DNA of 64,000 bases from Trichinella spiralis (Eukaryota), in NCBI RefSeq assembly GCF_000181795.1, contig NW_003526940.1, positions 1,778,571-1,842,570 on the forward strand, given 5' to 3'. Position numbers and translations under genes: made by a program. The notes beneath the pieces are model-generated. The model ran no database searches, had not been told where the DNA came from, and saw only the letters and a list, made by a program, of their open reading frames with translations. Shown here piece by piece: positions 34,840 through 48,602 of the stretch (position 1 is the stretch's first letter; every line of letters begins with the position of its first letter).

Positions 34840-36543
34840 NAAGANTACGGTGTTAGCTATCTTTAATTGCGTTAAAGGAANTTATAACAATAACNAAAGT
34901 TAATATGCTTAAAACTNAATGTTTAACTTCTTTANCATTTGCATAATATTCCTTGTGTATGTTGTTAAGAGCAGTATNTTAAGATGTATTGCAATATTTG
35001 NAATATGGCTTTNAAATAAGTAGTTATCTTAGATGATANACATTAATTATTCNTTCAGTTTTNACATTTCANTTGTTCACCATAAAATAGNCATTTGNCA
35101 GTCTTGAATTTTCTTTTAAAATAGCTTATGCACCGTTCCGGTTGGATTTGTTTAGCTCAGAGTTAGGCTGGCGTCAAAGCTTTAATGGCCCAGCAGCATT
35201 TTTACTTTCCTGCTTCTCATAGTGTAACTTTTTCGCTTACTCCAGTCTTAGTAATANACAGAATCCATTTTCNCGCGTCCATTTTCTGTTCATTGCCGTC
35301 CAGTCCACAAAGCCGTATCCATCACAATTTCAGCAGGGAAATTTCGGATGATGATATCTGATGTTGTTTTGCTCAACAGCTAATAACCCTCGAATGCTAA
35401 GCACTGAACTCAAACGCAAGACCAAAAAGGAAAATAAATTTGACGGTTTAAATTCCATTTTAAATAATCATTTTGAAACAACATTTAGTTTCCATTTCTT
35501 ATTTTATCTACAACTGAAGATCAACTTTGATTGATATTTCTGTGGCACCCATGCCTTTTGTTGATGTTGACAGAAGATTATTAATCACAGACAAATGGCG
35601 CACATATGCTGACATCAAAGAATGCGATGTCCACTGCAAAGTGAATTTGAAGCAGCTTTATCGCTTTTTTCCGCTTTCAAAGTGCTTTACTTTTATCCAT
35701 CCGCGTTGATAAATACTGTTTCAAAGAATGTCAACCAACAGTTGCTTTTACATGTCATATAAATTACCTTCTTAGCTAACAATTAAATCAGATTTATGGC
35801 TAAGGTTCTTAGCTGTTTGTCAGATATTGTTTTGATGAAAGCTAATTGAAGGCTATTCAAGTACAAAGGGAAAATGTAAAATGGATGAATNGTCCAGCTG
35901 CAGTTTTCAGCTAAAAAGTTGGAGTGGTGGTTGCTGAATATTAGCATCGAAATACNTTTTCTGATTTTNGCCTGAATGTTCTCTGAAAATGNTTTNTACT
36001 TNCGCAAAAGAATTTAATCTTTCCNAATCTTTCTTTCGCTTTTCTACACAAGAGTTATTGTTTTTCTTCTTATGTTTCATTTAAATAAAAAATAAAATCT
36101 GGAATTTTGTTTAAAATAAAAAATTTGTGGTTATACATTTTGTGTAAATTGTATTAAAATTTTTCTTTCAATNTCTAAAGTAAAACCCCACTACTTGGGT
36201 TGATTAAACATTCAAGTTGCAATTCTTTGTANTTACTATGGGTTCAACATTCCAGAANCAAAAAATATCTGTTGCATTTCGAAATTCTGTTGATTTTNCA
36301 AAACAAAACGTGAAAGCAAAGANAATTATTTTTTTTGCTCTTTTACCATCNTAAAAAGTCATTACATGTCAAATTATGAAAACAAAGAATGACTTAGATA
36401 AACACGTTTATTTTAACATCTCTATGTTCAGTTATCTCTTCTTCAGACTGTTCATTTGTTACTTCTATATTTTTGTAGAATAATGCAATTAAGATAAATA
36501 AAGGATATTTAATTTNGTAAAGAACAAAACCGTNCAGTTCTCN
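34840..36543. other. Low-quality or ambiguous assembly segment
   Basis: Dozens of isolated single N bases. Confidence 0.9.
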
Positions 36544-39509
36544 TTTTTCATTTATTTCACTCCTCAGTGCTTATCATTAGCTTGTGCTATTTTCCGTATC
36601 GTAGGTTTGAGATGTGTTTTCGAATGATGAGAATAAATAATAATGAATTTCAGTTTGTATCTTGAAGAACCGACATAAGCCAATACACAAAGGGAGATGC
36701 CACACGTTCAAGTGCACAAATCATAATGACAAATACGGGTTGTGAATAAACATACAAACAATGGCTTAATGTAGCACATTATTATTGTAATATTACAGCT
36801 AATCCATTTTTTCAATATAACGATTAGTTGGTTGCGTGGAACAGCGTCTACAAGTTTAGAAATGGACTTTTTCCACGATATCGTTGTATTGCCCATCTTT
36901 CCCATGGTATATATTGAAATAAAGTTCAGATTTGCTTGTTGTTGTAAAATGGAAATTTCTGTACTATACATTTACTTAGTTCTGAAGCGCTTATATCGAA
37001 TAGCAGAAAAGTTTCTGCGAAAACAGTCTGTTCATCAGCATAGATGTGAAGAAGTAAAATGCAAAAGCAAATTTACAGGAATAAAATTAAGCAATAAGAT
37101 AATCTTTTGTTAACAGTGAAATGTAAAACGCAAAAGTTTTAAAAACATCATTTGTAAAGTTTAAAAACAAATATACACAGTTTCACGTTATAAATAAGCT
37201 TTTTCTTTAAAAAACGGTAAATGATTTATGTCCATATAAGGTAATTTAATGGTAATTCACCCCATATTTCGTAACAAGTGAATTCGAGAACTACAAAAAG
37301 AAAGAAAATTTAATCATCAAAAGAGTAACTTCGTGAAAATTTGATGATCAGGCTAACCGCCATCGAACTCATATTGGAGCTGCCATATAATACTCTGTCG
37401 CTTGGTGGAACAAAATACATTCCTTGAATTTTTCAAATCTGACAATTTTATTGAAATTCAGCTTCAATTTTACAAGTATGTTTTATAGCATTATGTTGAT
37501 CCACTTAGCATCGTGACAACTGCTATTAGTATAATAATCTTTGAGATATATTTTACCCCTTTCCTTGATTAACTTTCAAATTAGCTAATTACAAACAAAA
37601 TATGCAGATACTTTGGAACATGAGCAGTGCTCGTTCCTTCCATCAAAAATTTCAAGTTGTATGCTCTGCTCAGAAAAAGTATACACTGAAGCACCAATTC
37701 TCTATAACATGCAATTCGGCAAAATCAGAAGCTATCACGAATGCAGAGAACTGAGATAACAAAGCAACAATAGCAATAAATTAAAAATTTTTTCCTCTGG
37801 CTATTTCAAATATTGAAATTATTGCAACGTTGGTCATTTTGTTATCTTCAATTCGAATCACTTCCTTGTTTTTGAACATCTGCCTCGGTGCTGACGTTGA
37901 CGTTATTTGTGAATAAATTACAGTTGTTGACGTCACATTCAAGATTTTTCAAACAATTTCTGAATTTTACCCGGAAGTGTTGTTAAGCATTAGTGCGTGA
38001 AGCAGATGCTGAAAAACTCGATCACATCTGGACAGCTTGCAAAACGCAAATGCGGAAGTTGTAACTTCGCTTAGCTTGTCACTTCCGGGAGTATGATTTT
38101 ATTCTAAAATTCATTCTACTACTGTTCGTTAAGCTGTTCTTGTGCTTTTGTACAGTAAAACAGACAAAGAACTGATTGCTAATCACAAGAAACCTTTAAA
38201 ACATAGTGTCACATATTTAATAATATATTTTCAATTATTCCTATGAAATTACTCATTCATGGTGCTTCATTCAAAATAAAACACTAATCTGCAATTTAAT
38301 TCACTATTATTTGACTGCATAAAAGTAAAATTTTTTGATTAAAAGCAAATAAATAGGTTTCTTTATACGCAAGAAAATATTGTCAACTTTTGATATTGGT
38401 CACTTCCAGTTTTAGTTGAAGAATGGTAGCTTGCTACCCAGTGGCTACTGTTCATATTTGTTTGCTTTAAAATCGCATTCAACTTAACAGTTTTGCAGCA
38501 TAAATTAATTAAACCATTAGCCTATCACTTTTTGAATTATTCAAAGACAGAAAATTTGCACATTTCAAATCGAAAGCAACAGTTGTGATATAGCCGCTTT
38601 GTTGCTTCCGTGCAGCGCAACCACGAATGTCGGATTTCCGCGTATATTTGCCACTTCTATTCATACACCTCGCCGATGCCTTATAATCCTACGCAATTGT
38701 CTGAAAGCTGCAAGGAATAATATTACGGATCGTCTACTAATTTGAATGTTAAATATTTATCCCATATTTATTTTTTTTATTCATTTGATTGAGTGTATAA
38801 CAGTCAAAACCATCGGTGAGTTCTTGCATGCAAGCTTGCCAGATGTGGAAAACATAGTGACTATAGTAGCTTCATGCACTACGTATTTACTAAAATTTTC
38901 CGTTATTCTTACGCAGTGTTGGACTGTGCTAGCATGAAAGCGAATATTCTGCACGTTCAGAAATGTCCGGACCGGTTACCAAGCTTATCGATTAGCGGGG
39001 CCAGTGCTGACGTAAGCAAAACTTCCGCTAGCAGCGCCTCCTTTCTGTTCAACCTAATATTTTTATCTTTTACATTTTAGAATTAGTAGCGGTTATTTAG
39101 CTTCCCAGTTGTTATTACTACTGTTGCAGCGTGGAACCTCATAAGCATCCTTGGCCACTCTTCATGAAAGCTTAACATTGAGAATTTGTCTGAAGAATCA
39201 ACGTAAACAGATTTAATTTATTCACAAATAACGTCATTGTCTGCGTTAACGCAGGCGCTGGAAAACTAACATTGAAGATAGCAAGAGATCATACTAGTCA
39301 TTCCAACATTGAAAATTTCCGGAATAGAAAATTTTCGTTTTAAGCTCGTTGCTTCCGCGATGGCGTTATTAGCGATAGATGAAGTGACCGTGTGCGGCCA
39401 GCTTACGAAGGCAGATCTGATAAACAGAATTACACTACTAAAAGCAGGAAACGATGCAAAAGCACAGTAGTAAGTATAAAATGTATTGTTGTTTACTGTT
39501 ATTTACGAT

Positions 39510-40260
39510 TAGTGTACTTTGATGTAGGATAAAGAATAAAATGGTTGTACAAGAATGATTTAGACCAATTTAGAGGTCATGATAGTGATCAAACAAAACC
39601 TACACATCCTTGATTTCCTAGTGGATCTCTATTTGGCATACAAAATAGAGAAAAAGGCAATTTCTGAAAGAAGAGCGACAAGGGAAACCATGGAAATAAC
39701 AGCTATTTATAACCAAGAAGCCGCTTAATGCATTCGTGGATCTACAACTGTTTTGACACTCCAAAGAACAATCTTCTACCACACAGCCAACCTCACACTT
39801 CCAAACTGCATTCCAATATGATGATCACATTAAAATAACACAAACAATTTGGGCTTTTTACATTCATCCAAGACCTGGAAGCTATATACTAATACTCACG
39901 ACAGGAAGCAACAACGAACCGCAACTATTGAGGAGAAACAAGGAGACATGAATGATAAGTTGAACGTCGTGCATAAACAGCACCGAATTGTTGTTTTCCA
40001 TATTGAAATTCAGCTGGAGCGAGCGGATCATAGCTTATGAACGGTATAGACATCAGAGCAATTAAGCAGTCGGCAGTTTCAGTGGTACACCTCCAATCAG
40101 AAGATATCACCTGTGACTACAAAACCTCCTTATGCCTGGAGTTAGAGGCATGTTGGTGAATAGGCAAGAACAGGAATGCTACTTCCGCTTCTAACAAGAA
40201 ACACAAGAAGACCAATGTGCTAGTCTCGAGAATCTGATATCACGGTCAGGCGAAACTAAA
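39510..40260 (+). mobile_element. Degenerate FLYWCH/MULE (Mutator-like) transposase relic
   Basis: GCTRMI*TNLEVMIVIKQNLHILDFLVDLYLAYKIEKKAISERRATRETMEITAIYNQEAA and VHLQSEDITCDYKTSL. These align by eye with the clearer copy at 49.6-50.1 kb (VWADLEV...CRVDEHMAY; VNLYPQTIICNFEIAL). Confidence 0.6.
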
Positions 40261-41536
40261 AAAGAAAGAGGAAAAGAAAAAGAAGAAAAACGAAAGCTTT
40301 CCATTCAGCACTTTAAGCAGAAAGAGGTCGAATTTTGTTTCCAGGTAATGACATGAGACTCTTGGCATACAGCCTTTCATGAATATACATTGAAAGTGCC
40401 CTCTCATTGGCATCAACAGCAACTGTTTACAATCCATGCATTTGTGACATGTCAACGGCTGAGAAAGGCCCACTGCCCGTAGAACAGTGAAATCCTCAGC
40501 ACGTACTCTTTCTTACTGTAATACATTATATTGCTTTATTATTCTGTTTTTCTTCATCTTCATGTTGAGTTTAGTAACTGCCTAATGGTAGAAAAAAATG
40601 TTGATGATAGAAAAAAGTATTGGCTGATCTATCTGTTGTTTGTTACATTTCATTCTATATGCTTCTTTTGTAATGCAATAAAATATACATTCAAATGTAT
40701 TTTTGGGAATATTTATTAAAAAATGAAAATATATATCAAGTCAGATATGTAAAGTGGAAAAGTTATGAGAAGTGGGCTTATGATAAATAATAGAACTTGG
40801 CAAGATGTAATTATTTGTAATTTGTAAAATCATGAAAATAATAACATTTATAAACTGGAAAGTAATTTCACAATTTTTTGGGTAGGGTCTAAGCGCATCC
40901 GCAATTATTGAAATGCTACACTAAAAGCGCATGGACTCAGAACAGTACTTCTGGGAAACATGCAAAAAAATTTGCTACTGTGCTATTACGTAATTTTTTT
41001 GCATCTTCTTTTAGCAAGGTGTAGTAGGCACTTAGCAAAGTTGATAAAGAGAGCAACAATTTGTTGGTTGTTGTCAGCTTTTCATTGCAACAATTGATAC
41101 GTTGTGCCATATTGTCTCGACCGTCTTGAAACAAGCACTTGGCGAGGAGACATTAAAAAACAATGGCAACACCAGCAGTATCCATCTCCCCGACTTTGAC
41201 AAGAGCTCCAGAGCTGTTGATGATACTGCAGCCATACGACTAGATACTACTTGCAGGAAATTCCTTCCACTTCCGCCGTGTTCATCATTATTCTGTGGCA
41301 TCAGCAGGGTAATTATTATGTGACAGCTCTAATATGAGTTTGATCACTGTTAGCCTGATGTGCATTTATCGTCATACTCCATGTGCATATAGTCCTCACT
41401 ATCTTTGCATTTGTAACCAGTCTTAAGTTGGTGATTAATAACAGCCGTGAGAAGAAACTGACTGCTTTGAAACTCAATTACGGGAATGCGTGCCGTCTAT
41501 TTCAAAGAATTTTCTGGTAATAGTAGCTATCCATTA

Positions 41537-41769
41537 ATGACAACGAACCACCATTTCGTAAATTTAAAATTTGCGAAATGGCGTACAGTTGAGAGTCTTG
41601 TTCAGGAATCCTATCCAACGTGTGGCTCACAGTCATTATTCACTCTGTTTTAGTATGCAATGCCAAGTTGGTGTCATCGGTCCGTTGATGTCAATAGACA
41701 TTAGTATATATACATAGATGCAGTTTTGTTGCAAAATTTTAAATTTACGAAATGGTGGTTCGTTGTCAT
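41537..41769. mobile_element. 233-bp element with perfect 36-bp inverted repeats (MITE-like)
   Basis: ATGACAACGAACCACCATTTCGTAAATTTAAAATTT at 41537-41572, exact reverse complement at 41734-41769. No clear target-site duplication. Confidence 0.7.
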
Positions 41770-42960
41770 CGTTCGTAAGAATATGTAGTGAGGAACGAGC
41801 AGTTTAAACTTCTCCATAATGTGCGCAACAATGTATGGCTTTCATGAATTCTTGAGTTTTGCTGATTCTGAATTATCATATAAATGGTAGCGCTAAGAGC
41901 TGTGATTAGACACAGAAGAGCCACTTTCTTACAGAGTTGTTCCACTTGCTGAAGATAGTAATTTTTTGCTGTATGTTTTTGTGTTTAAGTTTTTCCTTTC
42001 TTTTTATATGTTGTTTTTGTTCATTGTTGAACTATGAAAGGATGACTGTCAGAGAATTTTAAGAGGTGTCAAGAAATGTTGATATTTAAAATTCTCACTG
42101 CTTTATTTACTGTTTTGTTGTGTTTGAATTACCTGATTTTTCTATTATCACTTTCTGTATTACATTAATGTGGTAGATTAAGGTACATAAGAAGAACAGA
42201 AAAATTTTGATCATTAAGTTGTGAAATGCGCAAGAAATTCAATATAAAAACACAGAAGATGGTGCTTTCATGAATAGTAATATTGTTCAGGATTATTAAA
42301 TGATATTGTCATTTTAATCAAATTCGAAAACACGTAAAATTTTAAATAATAAAAAATATACTTGAAATTAAAAATACTGTGATAACTGAAATACTACGGC
42401 TATTTATAGTTAATAATTTTTCGCTGTTGAAGTAGGATACATTTTGAGTGAACGATAATTAGAGTGCTAGAGTGGCACAAGGGGCATTTACGTGAGATCG
42501 AATCGTACTAATACTTCTTTGAAGTAACTGATGAATGAAACTAATAAAAATCTCAGGCTAATGAAAGAATGAGAGGGAAAACTTCTCGTCCATTGAAGCA
42601 TAGCATAACGCTGTAAGCTGCATTTTGAATTATATATTCCAATATGCAAATTTGGCATATGTTTTGGATGCAAGTTAATAGCTCTGTTTTACTGGCTTTT
42701 CATTAATTGTAGACAAATGTTTTTCAATTTTCATTATTAATCAGTAGGGAGACTTTAGTTGCATACACTGAAGATTGGAACGTGGCTAATGTAGACGGGA
42801 CACAATCTGAAAAGGCTAAAATAAAAAATGCAAGCTTAAAAACATTCTTCATTATTATTGTATTTCATAAAGCAAATTTAACTCGGTCTCATAAAACTTT
42901 AATTTATTTAAAATGTACATAGTATTATAATTAATAAATTTCGATTTTTACTTCACTTTT

Positions 42961-45618
42961 CTACAAACATTCGTTGAGAAGTTGGCTGCTGTCATTATGG
43001 TAGAAACTTTCATCCTAAATGTATATGAAAACCAATTAATAAAACCAAAAGTAAATTCTTATATATATATATATATATATATATATAGATTTAACAACTT
43101 TCTGCTTTGGCTGATAAAAGTACTTTAAAACAAAACAATTAAACAGTTACTATTTTCCACAAATGCAATACTGCGTCATTGGAAATAGACGCAACAAGCC
43201 AAGGTTCATTAGCATTCCAGCATAAAGACTGTACAGGATTTCTGTGACCACGATGTGAAAACTGTAGAAAAAAATATAATCAAAAATATATTTCAAAATA
43301 AAATCAATAAACTTCACTGAAAACAAAACATATTACTATAAGTTCAGGTGAGCAATTGCTTTCACTGAGCGACGTTGAGTGACTACAAAAGAAAAATAAA
43401 CACTACAAATTAATGAGTAATTAAATAAAATACCTCATATCATAAACATTAACTGTACAGTCTTCTGAACAAGATGCAATTATAAATTCACTCTGTGGTG
43501 CCCATCGTACCTAATCAAATGTAAATTGTAGAAAACAATAAAACCAAATAAATGAATAATATTAACAATATTTCAACTCACCTCATTCACTTCACCAGTA
43601 TGATCCAACAGTATACTAAGAGACTCTTTCAAATTGCGTAGATCCCAAATGGCCACGGTCTAAAATGAAAAATTGTACATTTTCATTCCTTAACAATAAT
43701 TTTACATGAAAATATATTCTATAATTTATTATGATAATATTTTTTCAAAACATAAAAACCGTAATTTAAAAACACTATTTCGCTTATAGTTATAAACCTT
43801 ATCACTGGAACCTGTAGCAAGAAGATATTCAGAAAATGGATTAAAGGAAACACAGTTGACATCCTGCTTATGGGCGCACACAGAAAGGGCAGGCCTTGAA
43901 TTCTCGCTATTTCTATTATCCCATCTAAAAAGCAAAGAAATAAATAAATAAACATTAAAATAATCAAAAGAAAAAGAAATCCATTTGTTCAATTTAAAAT
44001 ATTACAGAATTTTAAGAAACAAGTTAAAACTATAAAATATGAAGCTTACATGAAGAGATTTCCATCGCAACCGACGCTACAAAATACTGCACTTGTAAAA
44101 GCATGCCAATCAATGTCTTCCACACCTGCAGAATGAGATGAAAATATTCTCGTTGGATTCAGTGTTTGATGGTCATTATCAGAAATAACATTCCACTCAT
44201 AAATACAACAATCACGAGATGAAGAAAGAAGAACCCCTTCTTTATGCGGATTCCATGCAAGACCAATGCCCTCTTGTTTCTGACCTTCCATAGTGACCAA
44301 AGGTTCAAATTTATCAAAAGGCCCTTCAAAAAAGTCACTTCGTTAATGTAAGAAAGCAGCAGAAATTTAAAACTAGAAAACAAAACAAATTGAATAATAA
44401 TTCGATGCACACAAACATACATTTATATATAGCAGATGCTGATATTATCAAATAAAAACAGTTTTTCTTTCAAAAGTTAAATTCAAATTACCCCTTTTGG
44501 AAGGATGGTTCCGGTAATCAAACAAATAAATATTTCCATCACTAGCTTGAGATGCAATTATGAACTGCCTGTGCGGACAGTAGCGGATTCGGTTCACCTG
44601 ACTTTTATGCAAGATTGTTACTTGGGAATGCATTTCGGCATACATTTCTTCATTCTCCGTTTGAAACTGCAGTTCATCTTCGTTACTCACATACTCAGGA
44701 TAATCACGCAACTTTATTTTCAAAACATAAATGGCATTTTCTTCATTCTCCAAAATTGTTCCAATCAGCAAGCGATAAGTGCGTTCATCACTATAAAAAA
44801 CGAGCTGTTTTTATAATCGTTAATCAATCATCCGAAACAGTCGACAATTTAAAATTAGCACAATCATAAAAAATATATTCAAATATAGCACTGCTTTTAT
44901 TATTTATAGCGAGAAAGTTGAATTCTGAATCACAGAAATAAGCAATTAACAGTACCCACAATATTCCACAACAGAATGAAGCTATTAAAAAAAGAAAATT
45001 TACCAAAAATGTCATAAGCAAATATACCGAATCACAATAAATACAAATTATTAATTGATCTATAATTGCTATAATATTATCATAATTTGAAATCTTACAC
45101 AGAATATAAAATCTGAATGCAACTTTAGCAATATTAAATTGCAGTTTAATAAATTTCATCACTTTCACGTAACTGTTAAAAGTGTCGACGTTATTTTCCT
45201 AATGAAAGACAACTTACTTCATTTCTGGAAGCCACTGAACGCATATACTGGGATCCGGGAGTTCATGACAAATGAACTAAAATTTGTGCAGTTTAAAAAA
45301 ATTTTCCACCAAAGTGCATATAGAGTGAAAAAACAAAAATAAAAAAAAGACTTTCTACTTCAAGAAAAACAAAAATTTCAAAAAATAATCTAAATTAAAA
45401 TAAACAACCATTAAAAACGACAAAATCTTAGGCTACAGAATATAACAATATTAACGTTAACCTACCTTGTTATACAATAAAAGTGCATTTTTCCGCCACG
45501 TCAAATAATCTTCTTCATTGATTTTAAATTCATCAGATGAAACTGTTTGATCATCAGAAAAATTATCAACGGAAGAATCAGGTCCAATTTCAATACTTTC
45601 TTGGTCATTTTCATTCAT
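42961..45618 (-). CDS. Divergent RBBP4/RBBP7 (CAF-1 p48/Nurf55/LIN-53-like) WD40 histone chaperone, multi-exon
   Basis: INEEDYLTWRKNALLLY, PSICVQWLP, VNRIRYCP, LFDYRNHPSK, EGIGLAWNP, VNCVSFNPFSEYLLATGSSDK|TVAIWDLRNLK, HRGH...WNANEPWLVASISND. TTTCAG 13 nt before the ATG. Confidence 0.88.
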
Positions 45619-46570
45619 TTTAAGCTACAATCTGAAACAGAATTTTTATAAGTAAAGGTTTATTAACTAAATTAATAAAAATTAATATTTAAAAATAACA
45701 ATAAATAATAAAAATTAAATTTATTAAAAATTAAAGAACTATTTCATAATTAAAATAACAATTCCAATACGAATGTTCAAAATTCGGAGTAAACTTTTTT
45801 GATTACAATACTATAAGAAATGCAGGTAATGTTAACAATGTTGATGCAATGACAAGTTTACAATTGCGCATATCATATAAATATGCATAAAAATTATTTT
45901 GAACTGTTTTGTTAAAATATTATGATATTTAAATTATATTTTACAAAATTTTGAGGCTAACAATATTTAGAAAAGAAGCATATCAAAAATTCGACAGTGT
46001 TCTTTCGATTGTTTCATAATGTCAACTATGAATACTCTTTTTTTGCGTTGGAAAGACTAGGTTGAATCATGGTTTTTGTGGTTAATTATTATTTTTCATT
46101 ACTTTCCCAATTTCATTACTTATAAAGCCCAGCAAACTCGCCAGTGCAGTCATATTCCTGCGAAATGGCACTCATCTCAATAATATTCTAAAGATTGTCA
46201 CATGCACCTTAATTTTTGACTCCGTTTACTTTATAAATAACAACTGAAGTGAGTGCTTTCAAAGCGGTTTTCACGTTACACAATTCTAATACGTAACTGT
46301 ATAAAAAACAATTAATCTGCTACATTTTAAATAATGTAATTTCGAGTAAATTATAAATTTTTAAATTAATGTGCACGAAAAAAGTTTTCCTCGCATTTTC
46401 CGTGGGCTTCATAAAGAAAAAGTGTCTACAGTATGGCATTATTACTTGACGATAGTTTACTGTGAATTATAAAATTTTGAACCATCTATCGTTGGTGATT
46501 TTTACATTAAGCATGTCATTTATTATGATTTAAATAAAAATATAATTTCAGCATAATTTTTACATTAAGC

Positions 46571-46806
46571 ATGTCATTCAGTGGAACTGTTCGGCTGACA
46601 GACTTGAACGATTTCATTGCTCCTTCGCAAGTAGCTTGATTTTTCGTTGACAATTATTGTTATTTTCACAGTGAAATTTTAAGAATTGCATCAAGCCAAT
46701 TTTGGATAAAAGATCTACGGCAAATCAGTCTGAAAGAATGCGTTTTGATAGAGATGAAATCAATAAGGTTTATTTTGTTTATCATAAATAATTAGCTTAT
46801 TGTTTC

Positions 46807-46853
<47 letters not shown>

Positions 46854-48602
46854 TTATTTATTTTTAAAGCTTATTTTGATACTATTCATATCCTTAATTT
46901 TCAGTAACTTACTTTTTATGCTTTTTATAATTGTTATATCAGAACAGTGTTGGTTGCAATTGTTTTTGAAGAAATGTGGTTTTAGTCCAGTCAAGAAAAA
47001 CGCATTTTAAAGCCTGTTAGTGTCACGTTAGATGACTGCCTAGCTTGCAGCGGTTGCATTACTAGCGCTGAAACGGTTCTAATTGAACAGCAGGGTCCGA
47101 AAGAATTTCTAAAAATGATCGAAGAATTTTCCAACGATAATAAAGTATGAACATGCGTTTTAAAAATTTGATTAAAAAATTGTTAATGCAATTTTCTCAA
47201 TCCAAAGATTTTGTATAGGTCATTTCCAAAGAATTAAAGTCACTTTTTGTTGTGAGCATTTCACCTCAGTCGAGAGCTTCATTAGCTGCGAGCTACAATT
47301 TAACAGTAGAAGTTACACAACGAAAATTGTGCGCATTTTTGAGGAGCTTAGGTAGTAATGCTTTCAATCTCTTTTAGGTATTTTGTTAAAAATGATAAAA
47401 ATAATTTTTCTTTTGTATTCATTTTAGGAGCTGACATTTGTTTGGATACGACATTTGCTAGAAATTTTAGTCTCCTTGCTACGGCTGAAGAGTTTGTCGA
47501 TTATTATCGAAAAAATTATTTGAATTGCACTTCAACATCTTTGTCCATTTCACCGTTGATAACTGCAATTTGTCCAGGTTTTCTTTTGTATAGCAGTGAT
47601 TGCATTTTTTTCTTCTGATACATGTATATATTGTTTTTTGTTCAGGTTGGGTTTGTTATGCTGAGAAAAGCGTTAGTGATGTTGTTATCCCTTTGATGTC
47701 AAAAGTGCGTTCTCCTCAAGCAATTGCTGGCTCGTTTGTTAAAGATTATTTATCCAAAACGATGAGTAAGCAGCTGTTTAAATTTTATTTATTACTGATG
47801 TGTGGTGAATTGCACAGCATTTAGATATCTTGCCAAATCGTATTCGTCACGTGACGATAATGCCATGCTTTGACAAAAAGTTGGAAGCATCACGTTCTGC
47901 ATTTCTTGCCGACGATGGTTCAAGTCGAGAAGTTGATCTTGTATTAAGCACAAGTGATATTTATATGATTGTAATTGAAAATTCTGATTTACTGTATGAC
48001 AGATATTTTCGTTCAGGTCAATTTAAAGAGATCCTCGATGAAAAATGTGCAGATTTTAAAAATTTTGATTCAAGGGAACAACCGAATTATTTGTAATTTG
48101 CTTTTTTTTTAGAAAAAATATAATTTAAATTAAATATTTTTAATTACGGTGATTTAACAGATGCTTGTTTGACATTTTTGATGAAAATACATTGTACAAT
48201 CATGAAGGATCAGGCTCGGGTGGATATTTGGAATTTGTTTTCAAATACGCTGCCAAAGAACTGTTCAACTTGGATGTATCATCTGTAGAATATGTTGCTC
48301 AAAGGTATGTTTATTAATTTTTCATATTTTATATGTAACGGTAACGTTAAAGAAACAAAGACATACAAGAAGCTCGTCTAATTCACGACAATAAAGTACT
48401 TTTTCACATGGCTTTGTGTTATGGTTTTCGCAATATACAAAATTTAATTCGAAAAATTCGGGCCGGAAAATGTGCTTATCATTTTTGTGGAAGTGATGGC
48501 TTGTCCGTCAGTTGATTTGTTGATTATTTAATTAATTTTTTATTTGAAGAAAATTTCCAATTGAAGGTTGTTTGAATGCCGGTGCTCAGAATTCCTGGTA
48601 TT
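46571..48602 (+). CDS. NARFL: Cytosolic Fe-S assembly factor NARFL/CIAO3 (Nar1), 3'-truncated by gap
   Basis: [84 protein letters not shown]. Confidence 0.94.
46811..46848. repeat. (TA)n microsatellite in a NARFL intron
   Basis: About 19 TA units. Shorter runs at about 43060-43087, 18697-18715 and 57422-57440. Confidence 0.9.

Noticed and set aside
35200..37780. Fragmentary minus-strand exon-like pieces (GKIYLKDYY, faintly ZP/cuticlin-like)
   Set aside because: Stops and Ns prevent a coherent model; similarity too weak to call.
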